A DNA stretch of 33,645 nt from an uncultured Lachnospiraceae bacterium (GCA_947174615.1 CAMWJQ010000001.1:1-33645); one strand, 5' to 3'. Numbered from the stretch's first letter, positions 19,182 to 28,189 are shown. A program made the numbers and translations. The notes: generated by a model from the letters alone, not told the origin.

Positions 19182-19449
19182 AAGGATGTCCTTTCCATGA
19201 GCTTTGAATACTCGTTGATTCTTTATATAGGACAGTATAGTCCAAAAAAAGGAAAAATATGCATAAAGCTCTGATGAATAATTTTTCTTTTGGGAAATCT
19301 TTCTTCTGCATAAAATTTCGTAAATATTCGTAATGTCATATTTCATACAAAATCCGTCTCTGTTTTTCATAATTGTCCTCCAAAAAATCAAATTTATTTA
19401 GAGATAATTCACAATAAAAAAATAGTTGTGCGAATTTTGACATTTCGAG

Positions 19450-19477
19450 TGGACAATTTTTTTCAAATCGATATAAT
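19450..19477 (+). promoter_or_regulatory. Putative sigma-A promoter of the tad locus
   Basis: TGGACA-N16-TATAAT, about 117 nt upstream of the first tad gene. Confidence 0.55.
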
Positions 19478-19594
19478 CATATTTGTTCCGTCGGAAACGA
19501 CGAGTGGTCAGCTCGCTGGATTCGTTCACCGGTTTCAGGTGGGATATTCATCAAAAAACATTTAGAAAGAATTATTAGAAAGGAAGCATGAAGT

Positions 19595-20107
19595 ATGGGA
19601 ATTCTCATAGGTGTGTTTAGTGCTGCCGTTTTTATGGACTGGCGTTTTTACCGGATTCCAAATGTCTGTATCGCGGCAGGTATGGCGCATGGGATGATAC
19701 TGACATATATGTCATTTTCATGGACAGGTGTGGTTCGTGTGCTGGGTGTCATGGCAGTGCTGTTTATGGTATTTTATCCATTTTATTTATTGGGTGCGCT
19801 GGGGGCAGGGGATGTCAAACTCTTTATGATGATGGGCTGTTTCCATCCGCTTATGGAAAAGGATGGGCTGCTTCATTATATGCTTGTCACGATGGCTCTT
19901 GCAGCGATTCGTTCTGTGATGAAAATGGCAGTGTATCCAGAGTGCAGAGAGCGCCTTTTTTATCTGGCACGCTATGTCCGAAAAGCGGTGCTGACAGGTA
20001 CAGTTGATTCATACGAGATCGACAAGACACAGACGCGTTGTGTGGTGCGTCTGTCTATACCCGCATTTCTCAGTTTGCTGTTGATGAGTGCAGGCGTATA
20101 TGTTTGA
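19595..20107 (+). CDS. cpaA: Prepilin peptidase, A24 family (CpaA/TadV-like), copy 1
   Basis: Both catalytic Asp motifs present (AVFMDWRFYRIPN, LGAGDVKLF); multiple TM segments. Confidence 0.88.
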   Translation: MGILIGVFSAAVFMDWRFYRIPNVCIAAGMAHGMILTYMSFSWTGVVRVLGVMAVLFMVFYPFYLLGALGAGDVKLFMMMGCFHPLMEKDGLLHYMLVTMALAAIRSVMKMAVYPECRERLFYLARYVRKAVLTGTVDSYEIDKTQTRCVVRLSIPAFLSLLLMSAGVYV

Positions 20108-20132
20108 GTAATACAAAAAGGAGAGTGGCGCC

Positions 20133-21131
20133 ATGCGGGCAAGACAGTTTGCAATCTGCGATAGTGATAGTAGATATCTGAAGATGTTGCAGGCTTATCT
20201 GCAAAAAAGAAATCTGGCAGATTTTGAAATTTTGATTTTTGATGCGGTCAGCAAAGCGATGGAAGCAAGCTTGGAGAAGCCATTTGAGCTTCTTTTGATA
20301 GGAGAGGATATTTATGACACAGATGTCATCAATATAAAGGCGTCAAAGACTTATATTCTACAGGAGGATGGTCTTAAAGGCATTACAGAGTACAGTATGA
20401 TTGCGAAGTATCAATCTATGGAGTCCATGATTGCTCAGGTTTTAGAGGAGTTCGCCTCAGACGACTGCTGTAACAGTGTTGAGCGGCGCGGTAGGAACCC
20501 GACAGCGCTCATCAGCTTCTATTCGCCCGACAGGCACAGAGGACAGAGCGCTGCAGCGCTGAGCGCTGCGCAGGTGCTTGCAGATCAGGGCTGTCAGGTG
20601 TTGTATATGAGCCTGATACCATTTACCGGTTTTGAAACACTGATGAAGACAAGCTATGAATCTGATGTGACGGATTTTCTGTATTTTGTGTTAAATCACG
20701 CGGACAAGCTGCTGTATAAACTTGACAGTCTCAAGCGCAGTGTCCATGGTGTTGATTATCTGCCGCCTGCGCTGGACTATGCGGATTTATTAGAGATTGG
20801 CAGGGAGGACTGGCAGCGTGTGATGGATTTGCTTTTGTACAGCAGCGATTATACGCATGTTGTAATAGACTTATCGGAGACCTGCCAAGGATTTTATGAC
20901 ATGCTTGAGAACAGCGACCATGTTTATATTCTGACAGACAGAAGCAATATGTATGCACATGCCATGCTGTCTCATTTTAAGAGGCTTTTACAGGCAAAGG
21001 AATATGATAAAATTCTCGGGCATATGACAGAGTTTGAGCTGCCTCAGGGCTGGGAGGAGCAGTGCGGAGAAGTTGAGCTTCTTGCAGCTTCTCCTGTGGG
21101 CGCCCGCATGAAAGGAGTGCTGAGACTATGA
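20133..21131 (+). CDS. CpaE/TadZ-like protein: atypical receiver domain plus degenerate MinD/ParA domain
   Basis: N-terminal FAICDSDSRY receiver-like strand, LISFYSPDRHRGQS deviant P-loop, YTHVVIDLS Walker-B-like segment; directly upstream of cpaF. Confidence 0.75.
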   Translation: MRARQFAICDSDSRYLKMLQAYLQKRNLADFEILIFDAVSKAMEASLEKPFELLLIGEDIYDTDVINIKASKTYILQEDGLKGITEYSMIAKYQSMESMIAQVLEEFASDDCCNSVERRGRNPTALISFYSPDRHRGQSAAALSAAQVLADQGCQVLYMSLIPFTGFETLMKTSYESDVTDFLYFVLNHADKLLYKLDSLKRSVHGVDYLPPALDYADLLEIGREDWQRVMDLLLYSSDYTHVVIDLSETCQGFYDMLENSDHVYILTDRSNMYAHAMLSHFKRLLQAKEYDKILGHMTEFELPQGWEEQCGEVELLAASPVGARMKGVLRL

Positions 21132-22354
21132 ATTGCAAAAGATATGAGGAATGCCGAACGTTTATCAGCGACAGTGTAAGGCAGCGCATTGACCTTTCAA
21201 GAGAGGTCGGGGACGATGAGATTCGGGAGATGATTGACGAACTGGTGGTGCAGATGGGCAGAAAGTATGCCCTGTCACTTACACAGCGGCAGGAGTTGGG
21301 AAAAAGTGTTTTTTACGCAATCCGAAAGCTGGATGTGTTACAGGAGCTGGTGGATTGTGACGAGGTGACAGAAATCATGGTAAACGGCACAGAAAATATT
21401 TTTGTTGAGCGGGCAGGGCAGCTCTATCAGTGGGATAAGCGCTTTGAGACAGTGGAAAAACTGGAAAATGTGATACAGCAGATTGTGGCAAAGTGCAACC
21501 GGGTCGTCAACGAGGCGTCACCGATTGCAGATGCAAGGCTTGACAACGGGTCCCGCGTAAATATTGTGCTGTCTCCTGTCGCTCTGAACGGACCTGTGCT
21601 GACAATCCGCCGATTTCCAGATCATCCGATTACGATGGAGGATTTGATTGGCTTTGGATCGATTACCAGAGAGGCGGCAGCCTTTCTTGAGAAACTGGTC
21701 ATTGCAGGGTACAACATTTTCATCAGCGGCGGGACGGGCTCTGGCAAAACGACATTTTTGAATGCACTGTCACATTATATTCCAAAGACAGAGCGCATTA
21801 TCACCATCGAGGACTCTGCGGAATTACAATTACAAGATATTCCGAATCTGGTGCGGCTCGAGACGAGAACTGCCAACATGGACGGAGCAAAAGAGATTTC
21901 GATACGGGATTTAATCAAATCGTGTCTTCGCATGCGCCCGGACCGCATCATCGTAGGCGAAGTACGAGGCGGTGAGGCAATAGATATGTTACAGGCGTTA
22001 AACACAGGGCACGACGGATCGCTCAGCACAGGACATGCCAACTCTTCGATGGATATGCTCGCGCGTCTGGAGACGATGGTGCTGATGGGGATGGACCTCC
22101 CGCTTGCCGCCGTGCGCAGGCAGATTGCCTCTGGTGTGGATATTATTGTACACTTGGGCAGGCTGCGTGACAGGTCGCGGCGCGTGCTTGAGATTGTGGA
22201 GGTGCTTGGCTTTGAACAGAATGAGATTATTACGCAGGAATTATACCAGTTTCAGGAGACGGGAGAGGAGGAGGGTAAAGTGCTTGGTGTTTTTGCAGAG
22301 AGGAATGTGCTGGCACATCAAGGCAAACTCTGTGCTTCAGGTCTCCTCCTTTGA
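21128..22354 (+). CDS. cpaF: Tad pilus assembly ATPase CpaF/TadA
   Basis: Walker A GGTGSGKTT, TIEDSAEL Asp box, LRMRPDRIIVGEVRG Walker B, NTGHDGSLSTGHAN His box. Confidence 0.96.
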   Translation: MNCKRYEECRTFISDSVRQRIDLSREVGDDEIREMIDELVVQMGRKYALSLTQRQELGKSVFYAIRKLDVLQELVDCDEVTEIMVNGTENIFVERAGQLYQWDKRFETVEKLENVIQQIVAKCNRVVNEASPIADARLDNGSRVNIVLSPVALNGPVLTIRRFPDHPITMEDLIGFGSITREAAAFLEKLVIAGYNIFISGGTGSGKTTFLNALSHYIPKTERIITIEDSAELQLQDIPNLVRLETRTANMDGAKEISIRDLIKSCLRMRPDRIIVGEVRGGEAIDMLQALNTGHDGSLSTGHANSSMDMLARLETMVLMGMDLPLAAVRRQIASGVDIIVHLGRLRDRSRRVLEIVEVLGFEQNEIITQELYQFQETGEEEGKVLGVFAERNVLAHQGKLCASGLLL

Positions 22355-22375
22355 CAAGAAAGAGGGTGATTTTAA

Positions 22376-23191
22376 ATGAAGGAAATGATAAACCGCAGAA
22401 TTGACGCCAAGGGACGCCTGCCGCCAAAGACAGATACAAAGATAGACTTGGAGATAGACTATAAAAGTTATGCATTTTCAATACAGGAGCTGGTGATGTA
22501 TTTTTTGTCCGGCGGCTTGTTCATGGCAGCAGTTAGCTGGCTTTTTTATGACAGCGTGCTTGCATGGCTTTTGTTGATGCCCGTGGTGGCGTATTTTTTG
22601 AAAGATAAAGAACGGTATGCATGTCTGAACCGTAAGCGGAAATTAGAGATTGAATTTCGAGAGGTTATTTTAAGTGCCGCGTCGAATCTACAGGCGGGCT
22701 ACAGCATAGAAAATGCGTTTCAGGAATCCTACAGGGATATTGTGGTGCTGTATGGCAAAGAGTCAGTGATGGCAAAGGAGTTACGTCTGATGTTTCGTAA
22801 ATTGGGCAATAATGAACCGCTTGAGCGTGCGCTTTCAAACCTTGCAGACAGGAGCGGCGTGCGGGATATCCGCGATTTTGCAGATATATTTCAAATTGCA
22901 AAGCGGGGTGGGGGTGATCTGCGCGGCATTATCACAAACACTGCGCAGATTATTGGCGACAAGCAGGAAATCAGGCGCGAGATTGAGACAGTGGTGAGTG
23001 AGAAACGGTTTGAACAGCAGATTATGCGTTTTATTCCATTTTTCATTATCTTCTATATCTCGCTGACCACCAAGGGCTATTTTGAAAGCCTGTACCACAA
23101 TCTGTTTGGCTGGATTTTAATGACGGCAGCCCTTGCTGTCTATATCGTGGCATGTCGGATTTCAGACAGAATTTTACACATTGAAGTATAA
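22376..23191 (+). CDS. tadB: TadB-like type II secretion F family platform protein
   Basis: LQAGYSIENAF and FADIFQIAKRGGGDL motifs, TM pairs at both ends; follows cpaF. Confidence 0.88.
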   Translation: MKEMINRRIDAKGRLPPKTDTKIDLEIDYKSYAFSIQELVMYFLSGGLFMAAVSWLFYDSVLAWLLLMPVVAYFLKDKERYACLNRKRKLEIEFREVILSAASNLQAGYSIENAFQESYRDIVVLYGKESVMAKELRLMFRKLGNNEPLERALSNLADRSGVRDIRDFADIFQIAKRGGGDLRGIITNTAQIIGDKQEIRREIETVVSEKRFEQQIMRFIPFFIIFYISLTTKGYFESLYHNLFGWILMTAALAVYIVACRISDRILHIEV

Positions 23192-23211
23192 ATAGAGAAG
23201 CTGTGTAGGAG

Positions 23212-24603
23212 GTGATTGAGATAGGGGAGAGACTTGCGCGGTGGCTGTATCATCGATTGGAGAGAATGCCAAGAAAACCAGACAGGCTCTTGTATAACAG
23301 TGCGGTGCGCGAAGATTTGCAGACTTTAGAGCCAGCTGGGGATACAGCGGTGCGGCAGCGGGAGTATGTCATCAAAAAATTGTCTTTGTGCAGTATGATT
23401 GTGGTTTGTGGGGTGGTTTTGTCCGTCATTTTGTGGATAAAAGACGGAATGGAAACAAAAATTGTGGAGAACCAGATTCCCCGCAATGCATTTGGGAATG
23501 GTGCAAAGCAGGTCTCATTGGTCGCAGAAGATGGAAGAGAACGCTATGATATTCCGGTAACCGTGTCAGAGAGGAGCTATTCGAACGAAGAACTGACACA
23601 GATGTCAGTTGAAGCGCTGCCTGTTCTTGAGGCAGGGATTCTCGGAGAGAACCAAAGCCTGGACCGTATTGAATATGATATGCATCTGATGGACCGTGTG
23701 TTCGGTTATCCATTTACAGTGGAGTGGCGCACCGATGATACCTATATGGATTACACTGGAAAACTTGTGCGAAGCACGCTCGAAGCGCCGGTGATTATGA
23801 ATCTGACGGCAATATTATCCTGCGAGAGTTTTGAGACAGAATATGACATAAGTGTCAGAATATACAGCAAAGCCGTGCAGCCAAACATCGTAGAACAGCT
23901 TGAATCTCAAGTGTCAGATGCGGAAGCGCAGAGCCGTTCGGCTTTCAATATGACGCTTCCGTCAGAAATTGAGAACAGGCAGCTTCAGTGGCGTTACAAG
24001 AGACGCTGCAGAGGGATTTTGTTTCTGGCAGCGACGCCGCTCCTTACGTTTCTTATTTATTATGGAAAGGATAAGGACCTGCATAGGCAGGTGGAAGAGC
24101 GGGAAGAACAGATGCGCATGGATTACCCTGAGATTGTCAGTGCCCTTGCACTTCTGATCGGCGCTGGCATGACAGTGCCGAATGCGTGGAATAAAATTGC
24201 AAAGGATTACAGGCAACGGCGGGAGGAGAGCGGTGGAAAACGCAATGCGAAACGCAATGCGAAACGTTATGCGAAACGCTATGCCTACGAGGAAATGCTC
24301 CTGACGGTCTATGAGATGGAGAGCGGCGTAACGCAGACAATGGCATATGAGCGCTTTGGGCGCCGCTGCCGAATCCCGCGTTATAATAAACTGGCTGCCA
24401 TGCTGTCGCAAAATATTAGAAAAGGTGCGGCGAACTTACCGCTCCTGTTAAAAGAGGAGGCAACAGACGCCTTTGAGGAGAGGAAGCATTCTGCAAGAAA
24501 GCAGGGGGAGAAGGCAGGGACAAAACTGCTGGTTCCCATGATGATGCTTCTGGGAATTACAATGGTCATCATTATGGTGCCGGCGTTACAAACTTATTTT
24601 TAG
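23212..24603 (+). CDS. tadC: TadC-like platform protein with an inserted extracytoplasmic Ig-like region
   Basis: DYPEIVSALALLIGAGMT and GEKAGTKLLVPMMML motifs, with a soluble beta-rich insert of about 190 aa between TM1 and TM2. Confidence 0.85.
   Translation: MIEIGERLARWLYHRLERMPRKPDRLLYNSAVREDLQTLEPAGDTAVRQREYVIKKLSLCSMIVVCGVVLSVILWIKDGMETKIVENQIPRNAFGNGAKQVSLVAEDGRERYDIPVTVSERSYSNEELTQMSVEALPVLEAGILGENQSLDRIEYDMHLMDRVFGYPFTVEWRTDDTYMDYTGKLVRSTLEAPVIMNLTAILSCESFETEYDISVRIYSKAVQPNIVEQLESQVSDAEAQSRSAFNMTLPSEIENRQLQWRYKRRCRGILFLAATPLLTFLIYYGKDKDLHRQVEEREEQMRMDYPEIVSALALLIGAGMTVPNAWNKIAKDYRQRREESGGKRNAKRNAKRYAKRYAYEEMLLTVYEMESGVTQTMAYERFGRRCRIPRYNKLAAMLSQNIRKGAANLPLLLKEEATDAFEERKHSARKQGEKAGTKLLVPMMMLLGITMVIIMVPALQTYF
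24238..24285 (+). repeat. In-frame 12-bp tandem repeat x4 in tadC (KRNA KRNA KRYA KRYA)
   Basis: AAACGCAATGCG AAACGCAATGCG AAACGTTATGCG AAACGCTATGCC. Confidence 0.92.
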
Positions 24604-24621
24604 AGAAAAGAGGAGAAAATT

Positions 24622-24789
24622 ATGAGAAATTTAAGAAGTTTTATGAAGGAAGAAGATGGAATGGGAACTGTTGAGATTGTGCTGATTATTGTGGTGCTGG
24701 TGGCATTAGTAGCTATTTTTAAGGACAGCATTAAGTCCCTTGTCGAGAAAATTCTCAAAAAGGTGACAGATAATGCAAACAAGATTTAA
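24622..24789 (+). CDS. flp: Flp1 family type IVc major pilin (55 aa)
   Basis: Absent from the ORF track (under 60 aa). MRNLRSFMKEEDG|MGTVEIVLIIVVLVALVAIFKDSIKSLVEKILKKVTDNANKI*, with Gly at -1, Glu at +5 and a hydrophobic helix. RBS AGAGGAG. Confidence 0.93.
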   Translation: MRNLRSFMKEEDGMGTVEIVLIIVVLVALVAIFKDSIKSLVEKILKKVTDNANKI

Positions 24790-26233
24790 TGCGTATCTGA
24801 CGGTTTACCTGTCCCTTATATTTGGCATTGTCCTGTCGCTGCTCTTCGTTTTTATCGAAGGCGCGGCGATCAGTGCCACGAGGGCACAGGCAGAGCTTGT
24901 CGCTGACTTGGGGCTGGATTCCGTATTTGCGGAGTACAACCGCGAGCTTTTAGAACAGTACGGGGTGTTCTTTGTCGATTCTTCTTATGGCGGAAGAACT
25001 GGCGGAACAGGAATGATCGAAAAGCGCTTGTCGCAGTATATGAGTTACAATATGAATCCTGAACAGGATTTGCTTCTGGCAGGGGAGACGACATTATTAA
25101 AACTCCGCAATCCATATCTTGAGATTGCGGAGGTATCCTGTGCCAGCGATGAGAATTGTATGGTTTGGAAGGCGCAGGCAGTCAATTATATGAAGGCAGT
25201 CTATGGGGGCGATCTCGTGGCAAGAGTTCAGGAACAGTTAGATACCGTGAAGAACAGTGGTCTGGACAGCAAGGATGCGCTGGGAGAAATCGAAGCGCAG
25301 AAGCAGGCGTTTGAGGAGGCGCTTGACGAGAAGGAGATCGTGGAATATGGCGCGGAGAGTGAGGAGGGGTACTCGTATCAAAAAGTCTCAGGCGTGTTTG
25401 ATAAGATTGTCGGCAAGGGGATTCTGGCATGGGTTCTCTCAGATGGCGCATCTGTGTCCAAGGCGGCGGTGGATGCGGGACCGTATTTTTCCGCGCGCAG
25501 GAAAAATGGAAAAATAAATCAAGGAATGGGTCTGCACGAGGGAGTAGACAGACCAGACAGCCTTGTGGATGAGTTAATTTACGGGGCATATTTGATGAAA
25601 CACTGTGGAAATTACAGGGCGCCGAAAAATCAGGGCTTGCTGCAGTACCAGATTGAGTATATTTTATATGGATTCAAGAGTGATGCAGAGAATATCAGAG
25701 CTTGTGTGGAGCGTCTGTTTGCACTTCGGGCGGCATCAAATCTCACGGCAATCTATTCGGATTCTGTCAAAAAGACAGAGGCAGAACTGGTGTCGGCAGT
25801 CATATGTACGATACTGTTCTCCCCTGAGCTCACAGATTTGCTCACGACAGTAATCCTTGGTGCATGGGCGTTTGCAGAGTCTGCTGTCGATGTGCGTCTG
25901 CTGCTTGACGGGGATAAGGTTGCGCTGATCAAAAAGTCCGGGGACTGGAATATTAGCCTGCTGGATCTTTTTACAGGGAATTTATCCGGCAGTGGCAGCA
26001 AAGCGGCTGGATTATCCTATCAGGACTATCTGAGTATTTTTCTGGGAATGATGAACCGGGATACGAAGGCGGCAAGAAGCCTGGATATCGTGGAGATGGA
26101 TTTGAGGCGTACCGCGGGAAACGAACGGTTTCGGATTGACCGCTGCATGGATTACATGAAGGTTAATTTTGGATTTGAAGACGCCGGCGGGCATGAGTTT
26201 GTATTTTATAAGAAAATGTGTTATGGCGATTGA
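24773..26233 (+). CDS. DUF5702-like large pilin-like (TadG-type) protein
   Basis: Pilin-like N-terminus FNA|YLTVYLSLIFGIVLSLLFVFIEG, plus SVFAEYNRELLEQYG, LQYQIEYILYG and LSYQDYLSIFL motifs; follows flp. Confidence 0.75.
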   Translation: MQTRFNAYLTVYLSLIFGIVLSLLFVFIEGAAISATRAQAELVADLGLDSVFAEYNRELLEQYGVFFVDSSYGGRTGGTGMIEKRLSQYMSYNMNPEQDLLLAGETTLLKLRNPYLEIAEVSCASDENCMVWKAQAVNYMKAVYGGDLVARVQEQLDTVKNSGLDSKDALGEIEAQKQAFEEALDEKEIVEYGAESEEGYSYQKVSGVFDKIVGKGILAWVLSDGASVSKAAVDAGPYFSARRKNGKINQGMGLHEGVDRPDSLVDELIYGAYLMKHCGNYRAPKNQGLLQYQIEYILYGFKSDAENIRACVERLFALRAASNLTAIYSDSVKKTEAELVSAVICTILFSPELTDLLTTVILGAWAFAESAVDVRLLLDGDKVALIKKSGDWNISLLDLFTGNLSGSGSKAAGLSYQDYLSIFLGMMNRDTKAARSLDIVEMDLRRTAGNERFRIDRCMDYMKVNFGFEDAGGHEFVFYKKMCYGD

Positions 26234-26327
26234 CAAAAAGCAAAGGAGTAGGCGGATGTTCTTTTGGGTGCAGGGTGAGAGAGAAAATCAAATAGCTAAG
26301 AATATGAAGGGAGGTGTCTTGCTCTCC

Positions 26328-27191
26328 ATGAAGCAGCAGATACAGGCTCTGATTCTGTCATTGAAAAGAATGTCCCCCTGCTCCTTTGGACAGCTTGTAA
26401 AAAAGGCGGACAGGGCGAGTATGACAGTGGAGGCGTGTCTTGTGCTGCCGCTGTTTCTGTTTGCGTTTTTAAATATCATTTCCGTCGTGGAAATTTATCG
26501 GTTTCAGGGCGCGATGAGCGCTGCCATGCACGACACAGCAAAGCAGATGGCAGTGTATGGCTATGAGTACCAGAAAATAGGCGGCGGCGGGGCAGGAATG
26601 GCGGAGTCGCTTGGATTGACCTATCTGGTTGCGGCAGGGAAAGTGCGCGCCAAGTTAGGGACAGCGTATCTCGAGAATTCTTTGCTCGCGGGCGGCGCCT
26701 CGTCAATCTCATGGCTTCGTTCGTCTGTGATGCAGAAGGAGGATTGTATCGATTTGGTGGCAGAGTATCAGATGAAACCGCCGTCAGCCGTGGCTGGCTG
26801 GAAGCAGCGCACGATGTACAGCAGAATGCGCACAAGGGCGTGGACAGGCTATGATCATGCAGGCAGCGGTGGCAGCAGCCAATCAAATGAGGAGGAGATT
26901 GTGTATATTACACCAGAAGGAACCGTGTATCACCGTTCGCGGGGATGTAGTTATTTAAAATTATCAATTGCGGCAGTGGACAAGAGCTTTCTCGAGACAC
27001 AGAGAAACCATAACGGTGAGAAATATTATCCCTGTGGGGAGTGCGGGGCGTCTGGCGGCAGTGTGGTCTATATTACAGGATATGGCAACCGGTATCATGC
27101 GACACTCGGATGCAGCAGTTTGAAAAGAACGATCCTAGCAGTGCCGATATCCGAGACTGGCGGCAGAGGAGCTTGCAGCAAGTGCGGTTAA
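26328..27191 (+). CDS. tadE: TadE-like minor pilin with C-terminal tandem His/Cys metal-binding modules
   Basis: RA|SMTVEACLVLPLFLFAFL pilin motif and two VYIT-x-x-G-x-x-YH-x4-C...CxxC repeats. Start uncertain (26223, 26319 or 26328; GGAGGT at 26310-26315). Confidence 0.8.
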   Translation: MKQQIQALILSLKRMSPCSFGQLVKKADRASMTVEACLVLPLFLFAFLNIISVVEIYRFQGAMSAAMHDTAKQMAVYGYEYQKIGGGGAGMAESLGLTYLVAAGKVRAKLGTAYLENSLLAGGASSISWLRSSVMQKEDCIDLVAEYQMKPPSAVAGWKQRTMYSRMRTRAWTGYDHAGSGGSSQSNEEEIVYITPEGTVYHRSRGCSYLKLSIAAVDKSFLETQRNHNGEKYYPCGECGASGGSVVYITGYGNRYHATLGCSSLKRTILAVPISETGGRGACSKCG

Positions 27192-27237
27192 CTAAACGTA
27201 CAGATATTGCGTGTAGAAATAGAATGGGAGAATTGTA

Positions 27238-27675
27238 ATGATAAATGCTATAATATATAGAATAATCGTGATTGGAATAGGGATACTGCTCTTTGCAGCG
27301 GGTCTGATAGATATAAAGAGCAGACAGATCAGCAGGAGAATGATTGTCGTATTGTTTTTGGCGTGTTGTGCCACACTGCCATTTCGCAGATATATTAGTA
27401 TCTTGGACACTGTGGGAGGGTTGGCAGTCGGGCTTAGTATCATCGGTCTGTCAGTGATATCGAAAGAGCAGATTGGAAAAGGCGACGGATTGGTGCTCGC
27501 GGCAGTTGGAATTGCATTTGGGGCACGCAGATGCTTTCTTGTACTCTGCATCGCATCTTTCCTAATGTGTATGACTGCAATTGGTCTCTTGTTGTTGAGA
27601 AGGGGAGCAAGACAGACAAGGCTTCCATTTCTGCCGGCATTGTTTGCAGGGTATCTTTTATGTGTCGTATTGTGA
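27238..27675 (+). CDS. Prepilin peptidase, A24 family, copy 2 (short)
   Basis: AGLIDIKSRQIS, IGKGDGLVL and RLPFLPAL motifs; hydrophobic. Confidence 0.85.
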   Translation: MINAIIYRIIVIGIGILLFAAGLIDIKSRQISRRMIVVLFLACCATLPFRRYISILDTVGGLAVGLSIIGLSVISKEQIGKGDGLVLAAVGIAFGARRCFLVLCIASFLMCMTAIGLLLLRRGARQTRLPFLPALFAGYLLCVVL

Positions 27676-28124
27676 GGAGACGGTATGAGGCAGCATATTT
27701 TACGGTGGAGGCTTCTATGATTCTTCCGATGGTAATGCTCTTTACGGTGATGATGATTTTTCTGGCATTCTACAGTTATGACAGGTGTGTCATGGAACAC
27801 AGCGCATACGAGGCGGCGCTGCGGGGGACAAGCAGTCATTATAAGACCGCACAGGAAGCGGAAGCTGCCGCCCGCACTGCCGCGTTAAGACTTGTCGAAG
27901 ATAAACTTTTTGCAATACATGATTTTCAGTATGACGTATCTGTGGACGCGGGGAGCGTGACTGTGGCGTATCATTGTGTTGTCAATATGCCCTTTGTCAC
28001 ATGGCTGTGTGAGTATGTGCCGGGGATTGATATGACGCTGGATATCCGCAGGAGCGCCAAGCGCCTGAGACCCGCAAGGACGATCCGTGACTGCCGGGTG
28101 TTGAATGGGTTGATTGCACCTTGA
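27672..28124 (+). CDS. TadE/TadF-like minor pilin
   Basis: AA|YFTVEASMILPMVMLFTVMMIFLAFYSYDR motif. A GTGA overlap with the upstream stop suggests a GTG start at 27672; ATG 27660 is an alternative. Confidence 0.8.
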   Translation: MRRRYEAAYFTVEASMILPMVMLFTVMMIFLAFYSYDRCVMEHSAYEAALRGTSSHYKTAQEAEAAARTAALRLVEDKLFAIHDFQYDVSVDAGSVTVAYHCVVNMPFVTWLCEYVPGIDMTLDIRRSAKRLRPARTIRDCRVLNGLIAP

Positions 28125-28160
28125 GAACTGAATAAGGCTTTACACTTTGTGAATTCGTAC

Positions 28161-28189
28161 TTTACAGAAAAAATAGAAGCCGCTACAAT
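28161..28189 (+). promoter_or_regulatory. Putative sigma-A promoter for the small ORF
   Basis: TTTACA-N17-TACAAT. Confidence 0.55.

Noticed and set aside
19182-19391. N-terminal 70 aa of the 174-aa minus-strand track ORF
   Set aside because: AT-rich promoter DNA. A good RBS precedes ATG 19181 and the family motif begins after it.
27192-27839. 215-aa minus-strand His-rich ORF
   Set aside because: Antisense to the second peptidase and tadE; the composition reflects reverse-complemented hydrophobic codons.
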